DNA of 64,000 bases from Candidatus Latescibacterota bacterium (GTDB lineage Bacteria; Latescibacterota; UBA2968; GCA-2709665): contig OZ250150.1 in the NCBI GenBank assembly GCA_965237675.1, positions 864,001 to 928,000 on the forward strand. The letters are read 5' to 3'. Both the position numbers and the translations under genes were made by a program. Each line of letters starts with the position of its first letter. The first letter of the stretch is position 1. The notes beneath the pieces are model-generated. The model worked only from the letters and a program-made list of their open reading frames with translations, ran no database searches and was not told where the DNA came from. This document shows, one piece after another, positions 9,980 through 19,124 of this stretch.

Positions 9980-11614
9980 ATGAACGTTGCAGACGTGGTG
10001 GCCCATATATTGAAGGCAGAGGGCGTGGAATATTTATTCGCTTATCCGGTAAATCCGCTCATCGAGGCCGCGGCGAAGGTGGACATCCGGCCGATTCTCG
10101 TCCGCCAGGAACGGATTGGCCTTCATATGGCCGATGCGTTGAGCCGCATGACATCGGGAAAACAGATCGGCGTCTTCTGTATGCAGAGCGGTCCGGGGTC
10201 GGAGAATGCGTTCGGCGGTGTCGCCCAGGCATATGGGGATTCGGCGCCGATCCTGGTGCTACCGATGGGTTATTCCAGGAAGCTGACCAATGTCCAGCCG
10301 AATTTCAACTCCGCGCTGAATTACCGGCATGTCACGAAGCTTTCCGAACAGGTCATCCTTCCGGAGACCGTTCCGGAGGTCATGCGACGGGCATTTACGC
10401 AGGTTCGAAACGGACGCCCCCGTCCTGTGCTGGTGGAGTTTCCAACCGACGTTTTCGACGAGGAGGTCCCCGGACCGTTTGACTACCGTCCCGTTCCTGC
10501 ATTGAGAACCGGTCCCGATCCGGACGCGGTTACCGTGGCGGCAACCATGTTGCTGGACGCGCAGAGGCCCGTAATTTACGCGGGGCAGGGCGTCCACTAC
10601 GCCGAGGCGTGGGAGTCCCTGCGGGATCTCGCGGAACTCCTTGAGGCGCCGGTCACCACCAGTCTCGGCGGGAAGAGCGCGTTTCCGGAGAACCATCCGC
10701 TTTCTCTTGGCTCCGGCGGCAGGTCCATTCCGGGCACGGTTCACCGGTTCCTGCAAGAGTCGGATCTGATTTTCGGGATCGGCTGCAGTTTCTCGCGCAC
10801 CCATTTCGGGGTGTCCATCCCCGAGGGCAAGACGGTTGTCCATGCGACACTGGATGCGGGGGACATCAACAAGGACGTGGAAGTCGAGCACGCCCTGCTG
10901 GGGGATGCAAAGCTCATCCTGGAAGCCGTGACGGCGGAGATTCGAGAACGGCTGGGCGGCCGGCCACGTGGACGGACGGAACAGGTGGCGCGGGAGATTG
11001 CCGCGGTCAAACGCGAGTGGCTCTCTCACTGGATGCCGAAACTGACGCTGGACGAGGCGCCGCTATCGCCGTATCGGGTAATTCGGGACCTGATGCGGAC
11101 GGTGGACGTGCCCAATACGATCATCACCCACGATGCCGGCAGCCCGAGAGATCAGCTTTCTCCGTTCTGGGAATCGCAGACGCCGCTCTCCTACATCGGC
11201 TGGGGAAAGACGACCCAACTCGGCTACGGGCTGGGTCTGGCGATGGGCGCCAAGCTCGCCAGACCGGACAAGCTCTGTATAAACGTATGGGGCGATGCCG
11301 CTATCGGATTTACAGGTATGGATTTTGAAACGGCGGTTCGCGAGCGGATTCCAATTCTCTCGGTACTATTCAACAATTTCAGTATGGCCATCGAACTGCC
11401 GGTGATGCCCGTCTCCACGGAAAAATACCGCAGCACGGATATTTCCGGGCACTATGCGGACATGGCGAAGGCATTCGGAGGCTACGGAGAACGCGTGGAA
11501 TCCCCGGACGACATCGTGCCCGCCATCATGCGGGGAATCCGGAAGACGGAGGAAGGCGTACCTGCGCTGCTGGAGTTCATCACGGCGAAGGAAATCGAGT
11601 TTTCGCTCTTCTGA
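9980..11614 (+). CDS. Thiamine-pyrophosphate-dependent enzyme (acetolactate synthase-like superfamily)
   Basis: RQERIG, SGPG, GDAAIG...FNN TPP-binding motif. Confidence 0.9.
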   Translation: MNVADVVAHILKAEGVEYLFAYPVNPLIEAAAKVDIRPILVRQERIGLHMADALSRMTSGKQIGVFCMQSGPGSENAFGGVAQAYGDSAPILVLPMGYSRKLTNVQPNFNSALNYRHVTKLSEQVILPETVPEVMRRAFTQVRNGRPRPVLVEFPTDVFDEEVPGPFDYRPVPALRTGPDPDAVTVAATMLLDAQRPVIYAGQGVHYAEAWESLRDLAELLEAPVTTSLGGKSAFPENHPLSLGSGGRSIPGTVHRFLQESDLIFGIGCSFSRTHFGVSIPEGKTVVHATLDAGDINKDVEVEHALLGDAKLILEAVTAEIRERLGGRPRGRTEQVAREIAAVKREWLSHWMPKLTLDEAPLSPYRVIRDLMRTVDVPNTIITHDAGSPRDQLSPFWESQTPLSYIGWGKTTQLGYGLGLAMGAKLARPDKLCINVWGDAAIGFTGMDFETAVRERIPILSVLFNNFSMAIELPVMPVSTEKYRSTDISGHYADMAKAFGGYGERVESPDDIVPAIMRGIRKTEEGVPALLEFITAKEIEFSLF

Positions 11615-11707
11615 TCGCGTCAGCTGAATCGACCACTCCTTCTCCGGCGAAACGCGAATCCGTTGCGCCTTTCAACATCGGTTACATAATCAGACAGGAG
11701 CATTTTG

Positions 11708-12250
11708 ATGGGACGTACAGGAATTTTCGCCTTGGCGGTCCTAATTGGTTTCATGCTGTCCTGTGGTGACGACAAACCCACGGAGCCGGTCCACGAAATG
11801 GTTGGGTTGTGGACCTACCAGGGATCCGAATTCAGTGCCACGGCAGCCAGAAACCTGCAGAGTTACATGGTGAATCAGGGCCTGGACCTGACGGCCGCGG
11901 TGCGCCTGGTCGCTGAATTCAGGAATGAGATGAGTAGCGGCTTCCGGGAAACGGGATTGGAGATCGTGCGATTCAATCAGGACCGAACCTACGAAGATAA
12001 TTCCGGCAATTCGGGAGTCTGGTCGGTTCAGGGCGACGTCCTCACGTTGGCAGGCGAAGACGGGTTTACCATTCAATGCCAGTACTTTGTGGACGGCGAA
12101 GACCTGACGCTCCTCCTGAACAAGGAGCGGTACCTGAACATCGTCAGGCAGGCGGAGGGTACGGTTGAGATTGACCCGGAACTACAGACGCTTCTCGATA
12201 TTTTGTTTGGTGACGGAGACTCAATACGACTCTTCTATAGGGCCGGATAG
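11708..12250 (+). CDS. Putative lipoprotein
   Basis: Signal peptide with lipobox-like MLSC, followed by a beta-rich 'VGLWTY' domain. Confidence 0.7.
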   Translation: MGRTGIFALAVLIGFMLSCGDDKPTEPVHEMVGLWTYQGSEFSATAARNLQSYMVNQGLDLTAAVRLVAEFRNEMSSGFRETGLEIVRFNQDRTYEDNSGNSGVWSVQGDVLTLAGEDGFTIQCQYFVDGEDLTLLLNKERYLNIVRQAEGTVEIDPELQTLLDILFGDGDSIRLFYRAG

Positions 12251-12324
12251 CGGGCGGAAATTTTCGTGCACCTGGCAAGTCCGGGCGCGAAGCTGATATT
12301 GCGACACAGACAGAGGGCGTCCTG

Positions 12325-12540
12325 ATGGGCCGGGTATCGGTTTTCGGCTTGGCGGTCCTTATTGGTTTCGTGATGTCCTGTGGTGACGACAAACCCACGG
12401 AGCCGGTTCACGAAGGGGTTGGATCCTGGACTTACCAGCGATCCGAATTCAGTGCCACGGCAGCGACAAACCTGCAGAATTACCTGGTGGGCCAGGGCCT
12501 AGCCTATATACCCCCTGGGCTGATCGCCCGGCGGGTATAG
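12325..12540 (+). pseudogene. Truncated tandem paralog of the 11708 lipoprotein
   Basis: Clear nucleotide similarity to 11708-11884 up to about 12500 (SCGDDKPTEPVHE...SEFSATAA), then unrelated hairpin sequence and an early stop. Confidence 0.75.
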
Positions 12541-12967
12541 GCGCATCAGTGGCGCACACAGACCCAATGGGCACCCTACTTGTTATCACTATAATGCGTT
12601 ACAGCCATTAAAAGAAATCACTGTTCATGATAATCATGATCCCGGAGAGTGGAATCAGCCTGAAATTGAAATTTACTATTACAACAATTCCGTTTCCTCG
12701 ACACCTCGTTTTATTCTTGAAGATCTTAATGTAATTGATTCATTATATACCGAATGGAGTGATGAAAGAGTCCACGGCACATGTTATAAAAAATTAGATA
12801 AGTTACAAGTTTGGGAGGCGGATACCTGGAACAGTGATGACAATGTGGCATTTTGGACGGATACTCAGCTTAGCACAAATCGAGACATAAATCTTCTACC
12901 TGGTGACGCGGACAGTGAAGAAGATGACGCTACGGTAAAAATTCGACAAACAAATGAAAATCTGTAG
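12524..12967 (+). pseudogene. Headless AT-rich ORF remnant with a C2-like acidic domain
   Basis: Manually read stop-free frame lacking a start: ...ITVHDNHDPGEWNQPEIEIYY...LQVWEADTWNSDDNVAFW... Confidence 0.5.
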
Positions 12968-13126
12968 TATCAAATTTGCCCAGGGGGGACCCTGTTCCCC
13001 CGGGAAGGTCCGTTCAGGAGGCGTCTCTGACGGGCTTTTAGTTGCGCTCGAAAAATTTGCGAAATCTTTCGGGCAATGGACAAGGCCCATTGGTAGGGGA
13101 TTTTTTACATGAAGGGAAGGTCTTAG

Positions 13127-13963
13127 ATGGACCGATTTGCATTGTTGGAGAGAAAATTACGGTATCAGAAATGGGCGATTATTGTATTGGCCGCTTTATT
13201 TCTATTCACAAGTATTCCGGTCAAGAGCACGATTCATTCAAGGATAGTTTCTGGTAAGCCAACAGTGGCGCAAATGCCAGAAGATACGTTAAGAATTTCG
13301 GTATTAGAAATCATAAATTCAGCAGGAACGCCGGTCCTTGTTTTATCTTCTGATGTTGCCGGTAATGGCTCATTACAATGGTATGATCATCAAAAAATCC
13401 GTGTTGACGCCCTGGGGGTGGGGGATGGGGAGAATAGACTCATAACTGAATTGACTCTCTTTGATTTTGAGGGTGATCCCGCAATTGCCCTAAATTCCAG
13501 AGAACGCACTTATGGTAGTTCGATAGGTGTGTTTAGCAAAAAAGGATTTGACGTAGAAGGAGAGTTTGCGGTCGCGGGTATGGGAAACTTGGATGGAGTT
13601 TTTGGATTTTCCACCTTTGGGGAACGGCAAGGCCGCGACTTTTCATCAACACTTATGGGTGACTTTACTAATGAAGAAGACCCCACAAGTCTTATAGGGT
13701 CTCTCGACGATAATGAAACATTCACTGGTTTTTGGAATCAGGGTGGAAAAGATGCACAATTTCGGGTCATGAATAGTAAAGGAAAAGCTGTTGTCTTGGC
13801 GGGTTTGGATAGTATGGGAGACGGTTATTTAAAAACCTTCGATAGTGATAGTAAACCAACCTGGGAATCAAACAGTGCGCCAGGGGATCTGGATGGTGAC
13901 GGAGACGTAGATTTTAATGATTTTGTGATATTTGCCAAAATCTTTGGGTCTGGATCCAAATGA
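13127..13963 (+). CDS. Membrane-anchored/secreted hypothetical protein with C-terminal EF-hand/dockerin-like motif
   Basis: N-terminal hydrophobic helix; C-terminal PGDLDGDGDVDFNDFVIFAKIFG. Confidence 0.75.
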   Translation: MDRFALLERKLRYQKWAIIVLAALFLFTSIPVKSTIHSRIVSGKPTVAQMPEDTLRISVLEIINSAGTPVLVLSSDVAGNGSLQWYDHQKIRVDALGVGDGENRLITELTLFDFEGDPAIALNSRERTYGSSIGVFSKKGFDVEGEFAVAGMGNLDGVFGFSTFGERQGRDFSSTLMGDFTNEEDPTSLIGSLDDNETFTGFWNQGGKDAQFRVMNSKGKAVVLAGLDSMGDGYLKTFDSDSKPTWESNSAPGDLDGDGDVDFNDFVIFAKIFGSGSK

Positions 13964-13983
13964 TACCCACAACCAATTAAACA

Positions 13984-14021
13984 AGCCCGGGCGGGGCGAA
14001 CCTGCCTGGGCTCTTTTATTT
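13984..14021 (+). terminator. Probable terminator
   Basis: GCCCGGGCGGG...CCTGCCTGGGC stem followed by TCTTTTATTT. Confidence 0.55.
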
Positions 14022-14127
14022 AGCTTCTAAGATCGGACAACGGCGGACCGGCCCGGGGTTTACTAAGGGAATTATAACCCAAAGTGACATGGGTTATGGT
14101 TCCTTTTTTTTGTTAAAGGAGGTTATC

Positions 14128-14385
14128 ATGAAGGTGTACTGGTGGCAAGGCGGTGTATTTTTTCATCCTGAGTCGGACTATGATTGTGATGCTTTACTGG
14201 CGCTGACCAGGGATGTACTTCCTGTTTTTTTCAAGGGCTCGGAGGTTATTTCAATGACTGGCCTTGATGAGAAAGCGATAGATGACAATTGGATTCATAA
14301 TGAGGATTCTGTTTGGAGGAAAGAGGTGGTCAAAGAGGCGGCCAAACTGGCGGCTAAGAAGGCGGCTACTCAGAATCAGGCATGA
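14128..14385 (+). CDS. Hypothetical protein (transposon cargo)
   Basis: AAGGAGG RBS then MKVYWWQGG...; convergent overlap with the Cas2-like gene. Confidence 0.6.
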   Translation: MKVYWWQGGVFFHPESDYDCDALLALTRDVLPVFFKGSEVISMTGLDEKAIDDNWIHNEDSVWRKEVVKEAAKLAAKKAATQNQA

Positions 14386-14617
14386 GGTTGAGGTGTACGC
14401 TTGAATTCAGGTATAGCGGACAGATCAGTACTCTGTCAACGTCTTCGTCGAAGTGATGTTCGATGAGATTATATACTTCGCGGGCGGTTTTGATGGGCGT
14501 CTGTATCACCCACTGAGATCGAAGAACTCGTTTGGCTCCTAATTCTTCGAGTTCTTTGTTTAGTGCTGGTCGGTCTCTGTAATCTGATCTCAGGTCATAG
14601 CTTATGAGGAATTTCAT
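14366..14617 (-). CDS. Stand-alone Cas2/VapD-like ferredoxin-fold protein
   Basis: 83 aa; MKFLISYDL...LEELGAKRVLRSQWVI...DRVLI resembles the Cas2 'hhhsYDh...G.RV..SvF...D.h.h' pattern. Confidence 0.65.
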   Translation of the reverse strand: MKFLISYDLRSDYRDRPALNKELEELGAKRVLRSQWVIQTPIKTAREVYNLIEHHFDEDVDRVLICPLYLNSSVHLNLMPDSE

Positions 14618-14672
14618 GGTGCGTCGTCCTTCCGGAAGGGTGGATTCCTTACAAATAAGTTACATTTTGTCC

Positions 14673-14726
14673 TTGACAGACAACCTTTAAATCGTTATCT
14701 TTAAAGTAGATAAAGCGATTTAAAGG
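14673..14726 (+). promoter_or_regulatory. Sigma70-like transposase promoter overlapped by an inverted repeat
   Basis: TTGACA-17bp-TATCTT. CCTTTAAATCG...CGATTTAAAGG palindrome (14684-14726) spans the -10 box and reaches the RBS. Confidence 0.6.
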
Positions 14727-14735
14727 GGGCTTGAG

Positions 14736-15689
14736 ATGGGACAGAAAGGACCAGAGGGACCGGGGAAAAACTACCGGAAGGGTATTTCCCTGAAGAAGCT
14801 GTTCAAGATGTTTCCGGACGACGAGACGGCGCGTATGTGGTTCGAGAAGGCGAGGTGGCCTGATGGTCCTCAGTGTCCATATTGTCGTTCTCATAACGTC
14901 CAGTCGAACGTCAGGCACAAGACCATGACCCACAGATGCCGGGATTGCGAAAAGAAGCCGTTCTTTTCCGTGAAGGTTGGTACGGTGATGCAGTCCTCGA
15001 AGTTGGGGTACCAAACGTGGGCGATTGCAATTTACCTTTTCACGACGAATATCAAAGGCGTTTCGTCAATGAAGCTTCACAGGGATCTGGATATTGCCCA
15101 GAAGAATGCATGGCACCTTGCGCATCGTATCAGAAAGGCGTATGATAATGCAGGGGACTTCTTCTCCGGCCCCGTAGAGGTCGACGAGACGTATATCGGC
15201 GGGAAGGAGAAGAACAAGCATGTGTCGAAGAAGCTGAGGGCGGGGCGCGGTACCGTTGGCAAGACGGCGGTGGTAGGGGCGAAGGACCGGGAGACGGGCC
15301 GTATTGACGCTGAGGTTGCTGCGGCTGTTGACGGCAAGACGCTGAAGCAGTTTGTGTACGACAGGGTGGAACCTGGCGCGAAGGTGTTTACGGACGAGGC
15401 AACAGCGTACCAGGGGTTGTCAGGCGTTCACCACAAGCAGGTGAAGCACAGTGTGGGGGAGTACGTGAACGGCCAGGCATCCACGAATGGTATGGAAAGT
15501 TTCTGGAGTTTGCTTAAGCGGTCGTACCACGGAGTCTACCATCACCTGAGCGTGAAGCACCTGAATCGGTACATTTCTGAGTTCGCAGGCCGCCACAATG
15601 CCCGCGAGGCCGATACCATTGTCCAGATGGCGTGGATCGCCAGGGACATGGTCGGCAAGCGGCTTAAATACGAGGAGTTGGTGGGATAA
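14736..15689 (+). CDS. IS1595-family DDE transposase
   Basis: Zn ribbon CPYC...CRDC; KGVSSMKL; VEVDETYIGG; FTDE; STNGMESFWSLLKR; HLNRYISEF. Confidence 0.95.
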   Translation: MGQKGPEGPGKNYRKGISLKKLFKMFPDDETARMWFEKARWPDGPQCPYCRSHNVQSNVRHKTMTHRCRDCEKKPFFSVKVGTVMQSSKLGYQTWAIAIYLFTTNIKGVSSMKLHRDLDIAQKNAWHLAHRIRKAYDNAGDFFSGPVEVDETYIGGKEKNKHVSKKLRAGRGTVGKTAVVGAKDRETGRIDAEVAAAVDGKTLKQFVYDRVEPGAKVFTDEATAYQGLSGVHHKQVKHSVGEYVNGQASTNGMESFWSLLKRSYHGVYHHLSVKHLNRYISEFAGRHNAREADTIVQMAWIARDMVGKRLKYEELVG

Positions 15690-15691
15690 GG

Positions 15692-15726
15692 AAAAGCCAC
15701 CTTTTGTAGGTGAAAAGGTGGCTTTT
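15692..15726. terminator. Bidirectional terminator between transposase and cargo
   Basis: AAAAGCCACCTTTT-7nt loop-AAAAGGTGGCTTTT perfect stem. Confidence 0.75.
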
Positions 15727-15754
15727 GCAAGATCCCTACTCTATTGTTTGTTCG

Positions 15755-16363
15755 TTAATGGGGTTTTGTTATTCCTCTAAAAGCTGCGCTCAAGTAAAAT
15801 ACTCCGGATATTGTAGCATATTGGAGTTGTTGCCAAAACGTAGGTGAACTTACATGAGAATTGGTTCTTGATCGCAATGGGAAGAGTACTATCTTTTTAG
15901 CGGCTTGATATGCTAAAAGCGACGATACGAAAATGGTAGAGCAAAAGATCGAAGTCTTAATAACGTGTAACTTCATTTGCATAATCGTATTATCATACGT
16001 ATCCAACAAGAGGTCTTGATTCTCAGTTGACAAGTCACTTGATTTCTGTTGCAATAATTCCTTCAGTTCTACTGTAGCCTCACGTTCTTCTTTATATGAA
16101 GCAAGACCGTTAAAAAACGATATTTTTGCGGCTTCTTGATTGACAATTTGAATAAGGCTCATTACTAAGCTATAAGCCTCATGATTTACTGTTACAGATA
16201 CGTCTTCCGACCATTTTCGTGTTAATTCAGATTCAAGTTTGGCTAAATTATGTCGAAGTCGGTCAATACAATAATCACGCCATAGGGTCAAATAGCCTAC
16301 GACAACGAAGAGTATTGCAAAAGCTGTCTTAATGACATCGAACGTCATATCTGTTTGATTCAT
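15755..16363 (-). CDS. Hypothetical membrane protein (AT-rich cargo)
   Basis: Helical protein of about 200 aa with N-terminal and late hydrophobic segments. Confidence 0.65.
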   Translation of the reverse strand: MNQTDMTFDVIKTAFAILFVVVGYLTLWRDYCIDRLRHNLAKLESELTRKWSEDVSVTVNHEAYSLVMSLIQIVNQEAAKISFFNGLASYKEEREATVELKELLQQKSSDLSTENQDLLLDTYDNTIMQMKLHVIKTSIFCSTIFVSSLLAYQAAKKIVLFPLRSRTNSHVSSPTFWQQLQYATISGVFYLSAAFRGITKPH

Positions 16364-16375
16364 TGAGTTCACCGT

Positions 16376-16597
16376 TTAATTCTTAATGCGTTCTTTTTCT
16401 CTTTTACGCAGGCCTCTTTGAAGTAATCCGTAGATTGCGCCACAGAGTGCCGGTACGGTGCAGGCTAACCAGCGAGTTAAATTCGCTTCCAGACTCGCCA
16501 AAAGTTGAAGATGGATCTCGGTCTCAACGCTCCTAAAGACCATATATGTGCAAAAGCAAACAGTAAAGCAGATCACTATGCATCTAAGGTCACTCAA
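16376..16597 (-). CDS. Small two-TM membrane protein (cargo)
   Basis: AAGGAGG RBS before TTG; two hydrophobic stretches and a basic tail; upstream TTGACT-16-TAAATT. Confidence 0.55.
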   Translation of the reverse strand: MSDLRCIVICFTVCFCTYMVFRSVETEIHLQLLASLEANLTRWLACTVPALCGAIYGLLQRGLRKREKERIKN

Positions 16598-16816
16598 CGT
16601 AACGCCTCCTTACTCGTCTTATGTGGCAAATTTAACAAAAAGACCTGACGAGTCAAGGAATAATTCGAAGGTTCCTGCTTATTCACCTATGGAGGTTGTT
16701 ATATTGGGCCGCCCGCCCGACATTACGGAATTGCATAGACAACAGACGGCGGGAATATAACATTTCCGATTGACAAGATGCAAGAAATTTCTGGATTATT
16801 TCACAGGGGGCATAGC

Positions 16817-16996
16817 ATGGACAAGGCGAGAAAGCCACGGATGGAGATTATGCAGATGATTGAGCGTGTGAGGGACGGCGAGGATGCCGAGGAGGTCATT
16901 GCGGGAAGGAAGCCGGGGAAGGAGAAAAACGGCGATCCTGACGGCCTGGACGAACGCCTGGAGCGGTTTCTGGGGGACTTTCGTAGAATGCGGTAG
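16817..16996 (+). CDS. Small charged hypothetical protein (cargo)
   Basis: 59 aa MDKARKPR...; stop lies 2 nt from the NYN gene stop, convergent. Confidence 0.5.
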   Translation: MDKARKPRMEIMQMIERVRDGEDAEEVIAGRKPGKEKNGDPDGLDERLERFLGDFRRMR

Positions 16997-16998
16997 GT

Positions 16999-17616
16999 TT
17001 AAACTACGGGGCGTTTAGACAGGTCTAATGTAGTGGGTAGTCTCATGGGTGTTAGGTCATCCTCACGTGAATTTAAAAAAGTAATAGATTTGTAATAATC
17101 GTCCAATGGGATAAACACGCCATTTTGCTCTACCCAAGCTCGCATTGCACGATGGCAGCTTTGAATCCAAGACAGGAGTTCAATCTTCCAACCCATATTA
17201 TGTATTCGTTCAATATTACGATAAAAACCATGTCCCTCGGAATATCCGGCACCGTCACCTGTTAATACTACCATAGTACTTGGGGCGTGATCGGCGGCAT
17301 CCTCCAGCATACGCAACTGTAAATATTGGTCGGTTGTCTCCTGTTCTCCACTTTCACGAGAACCTCGGTCATATAAATGAACCTTGATGCCCTGATTTTC
17401 TAGGCTATTCCATAACTGTCGCATTTCAGGTGGAATAGAACCGGCTGCCCATGCTTTTTCCACTGGCCTATCGGCATGCGCCAATCGAAACAAATTTTCA
17501 AATTTCAAGCGTACGCGATAATATGAGGCAGGTTCATTACCGTTCTTGATCTCTGCCAATTGTTGCACTTGATAGAAAATATTGGAGTTGTCCCAATAAA
17601 TAAACACTTTGTCCAT
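16999..17616 (-). CDS. NYN-domain (LabA/DUF88, PIN-like) putative ribonuclease
   Basis: FIYWDNSN, EQETTD, VVLTGDG acidic motifs. AGGAG RBS. Confidence 0.88.
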   Translation of the reverse strand: MDKVFIYWDNSNIFYQVQQLAEIKNGNEPASYYRVRLKFENLFRLAHADRPVEKAWAAGSIPPEMRQLWNSLENQGIKVHLYDRGSRESGEQETTDQYLQLRMLEDAADHAPSTMVVLTGDGAGYSEGHGFYRNIERIHNMGWKIELLSWIQSCHRAMRAWVEQNGVFIPLDDYYKSITFLNSREDDLTPMRLPTTLDLSKRPVV

Positions 17617-17637
17617 TGTATGCTCCTTTCGGGTGGC

Positions 17638-17666
17638 AAAATACAAAAGTGCGCCGCGTATGTCAA
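17638..17666 (-). promoter_or_regulatory. Sigma70-like promoter of the NYN gene
   Basis: TTGACA-17bp-TATTTT on the minus strand. Confidence 0.6.
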
Positions 17667-17706
17667 TACGCGCGGCGAAAAAAGATAATTGACTTGGGAG
17701 GTCGCA

Positions 17707-17823
17707 ATGGGTTCCGAGGAATCAAAGCCGAAGCGGAAGGCAAGGGCCGCGAAGACTGAGTATCAGCCTGCGGAAGAATCTGTGAGTCCGGAGGATGTGG
17801 CGCAGGCATTGTTTCCCGGATGA
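17707..17823 (+). CDS. Small 'EYQP...SPE' protein, copy 1 (38 aa)
   Basis: Manual translation MGSEESKPKRKARAAKTEYQPAEESVSPEDVAQALFPG; GGAGG RBS. Confidence 0.5.
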   Translation: MGSEESKPKRKARAAKTEYQPAEESVSPEDVAQALFPG

Positions 17824-17868
17824 TCCGCCACTGGTGGAATCCGGCAAGGGAAAAGAGACAAAGAAGGC

Positions 17869-18315
17869 ATGGAAGGCGTGGCTGAAGCGTTAGCGGGAGC
17901 GGCGAGTGTCTATCGAAAGAACGGTATGAGAATACTTCCTCGGATGCTGGACGTTAAGCAGATTGGACACGGTGAAGAATATACGATTTCTTGTGTGGAC
18001 TGCCGCACAATACTCTTTGATTCCACTAAGTCCGGGCCAGTCAATAGCGTGGGCATCTTGGTTCGCGCACCTTGCGATTGTGATCCCGACAAAGAGAAAG
18101 AAGAGTCGCCAGAAAAACAAAACAAAAGACTCACAATGCCGGTGGTCGTCCTTTTGATTTTCGTGATGCTGTTTCTCTCGTATGGTGTATACGTGTCGCA
18201 CAATAGATATTACGTCGTAAAGTCAGGACAACACACCGCGTACAAGGTGGATCGTTTCACCGGCGAAGCGTGGTTTCTTGCCCCGCACCCAAACAGGACG
18301 CGAAAAATCAAGTAA
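17869..18315 (+). CDS. Hypothetical protein with Cys pairs and a TM helix (cargo)
   Basis: CVDC...CDC, a TM segment, then YKVDRFTGEAW. Start uncertain. Confidence 0.55.
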   Translation: MEGVAEALAGAASVYRKNGMRILPRMLDVKQIGHGEEYTISCVDCRTILFDSTKSGPVNSVGILVRAPCDCDPDKEKEESPEKQNKRLTMPVVVLLIFVMLFLSYGVYVSHNRYYVVKSGQHTAYKVDRFTGEAWFLAPHPNRTRKIK

Positions 18316-18342
18316 TACCTATGTACGCATCTTCTGTTTACC

Positions 18343-18648
18343 TTGTTACAAGGATCGGCAAGAGTGAAATACATACCCATCATAATGTCAATTGGTGTTA
18401 CTTTAGTTGCGGGTATCATACAATTGTGGATAATGGTGTCGGTGCTTGCGGATTGGATCGGGAGCATGATACTTGCGTTGATTATCGCATTCATGTGTAC
18501 GTGGGCTGTTCCACTTCCGTGGTTTGTGTTTACGTATTGGATTCTTGAGGGGCACTTCCTGTGGGTTTATATGGTCGCCTGGGTGGTTGGTTGGGGGGCG
18601 CAAATATTCTTGGGAATCTTGGTAAACCGGTTCAGAAGCGGAGGTTGA
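18343..18648 (+). CDS. Small multi-TM membrane protein (cargo)
   Basis: Almost entirely hydrophobic 101-aa ORF. Confidence 0.55.
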   Translation: MLQGSARVKYIPIIMSIGVTLVAGIIQLWIMVSVLADWIGSMILALIIAFMCTWAVPLPWFVFTYWILEGHFLWVYMVAWVVGWGAQIFLGILVNRFRSGG

Positions 18649-18649
18649 A

Positions 18650-18829
18650 ATGAGCGCTAACGATGATCGGAAGAAGAAACCGGTTGTGGAGGTAGCGAGG
18701 AGCGAGTATCAGCCTACGAAGGAGGAGATGGAGGAGGAGGTGGTGATTGACGCCAGCCCGGAGGAATTGCTACGGGTAGTCGTGCGGGAGGTGGACTTGA
18801 AGCTGATTAATCCGAAGAAGGAAGATTGA
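18650..18829 (+). CDS. Small 'EYQP...SPE' protein, copy 2 (59 aa)
   Basis: Manual translation MSANDDRKKKPVVEVARSEYQPTKEEMEEEVVIDASPEELLRVVV...; GGAGG RBS. Confidence 0.6.
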   Translation: MSANDDRKKKPVVEVARSEYQPTKEEMEEEVVIDASPEELLRVVVREVDLKLINPKKED

Positions 18830-18833
18830 GGGA

Positions 18834-19124
18834 TTAGTCTTTCTCCAACTGATTGCCGCAATGATAGCAGAAGCCGGTATAGTTGAGGTGTTCGTCCAGA
18901 TAATCATGCTTCATGGACTCTATGTCTTCATCAGGAATTACGTCAATGTCATATTTATCACTGAGGTTTTCTCTTAGCGTGTCTTCCTTGAATATATCTT
19001 CAGGGCATCTTGCGCATTGTACGACAGCGCCCAATTCACCATACATCAGGTCGGCGTCGGCACCACCTTTTTGCGCGATTTCCAAAAATTCTTCGTACGT
19101 ATCAGGCAAGAATCCATTTTCCAT
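18834..19124 (-). CDS. Acidic putative Zn-finger protein (cargo)
   Basis: CARC...CYHC pairs; GGAG RBS. Confidence 0.6.
   Translation of the reverse strand: MENGFLPDTYEEFLEIAQKGGADADLMYGELGAVVQCARCPEDIFKEDTLRENLSDKYDIDVIPDEDIESMKHDYLDEHLNYTGFCYHCGNQLEKD

Noticed and set aside
11708-12500. Diversity-generating retroelement template/variable repeat pair
   Set aside because: Mismatches between the copies are not adenine-specific, the repeat is at the 5' end of the gene, and there is no reverse transcriptase.
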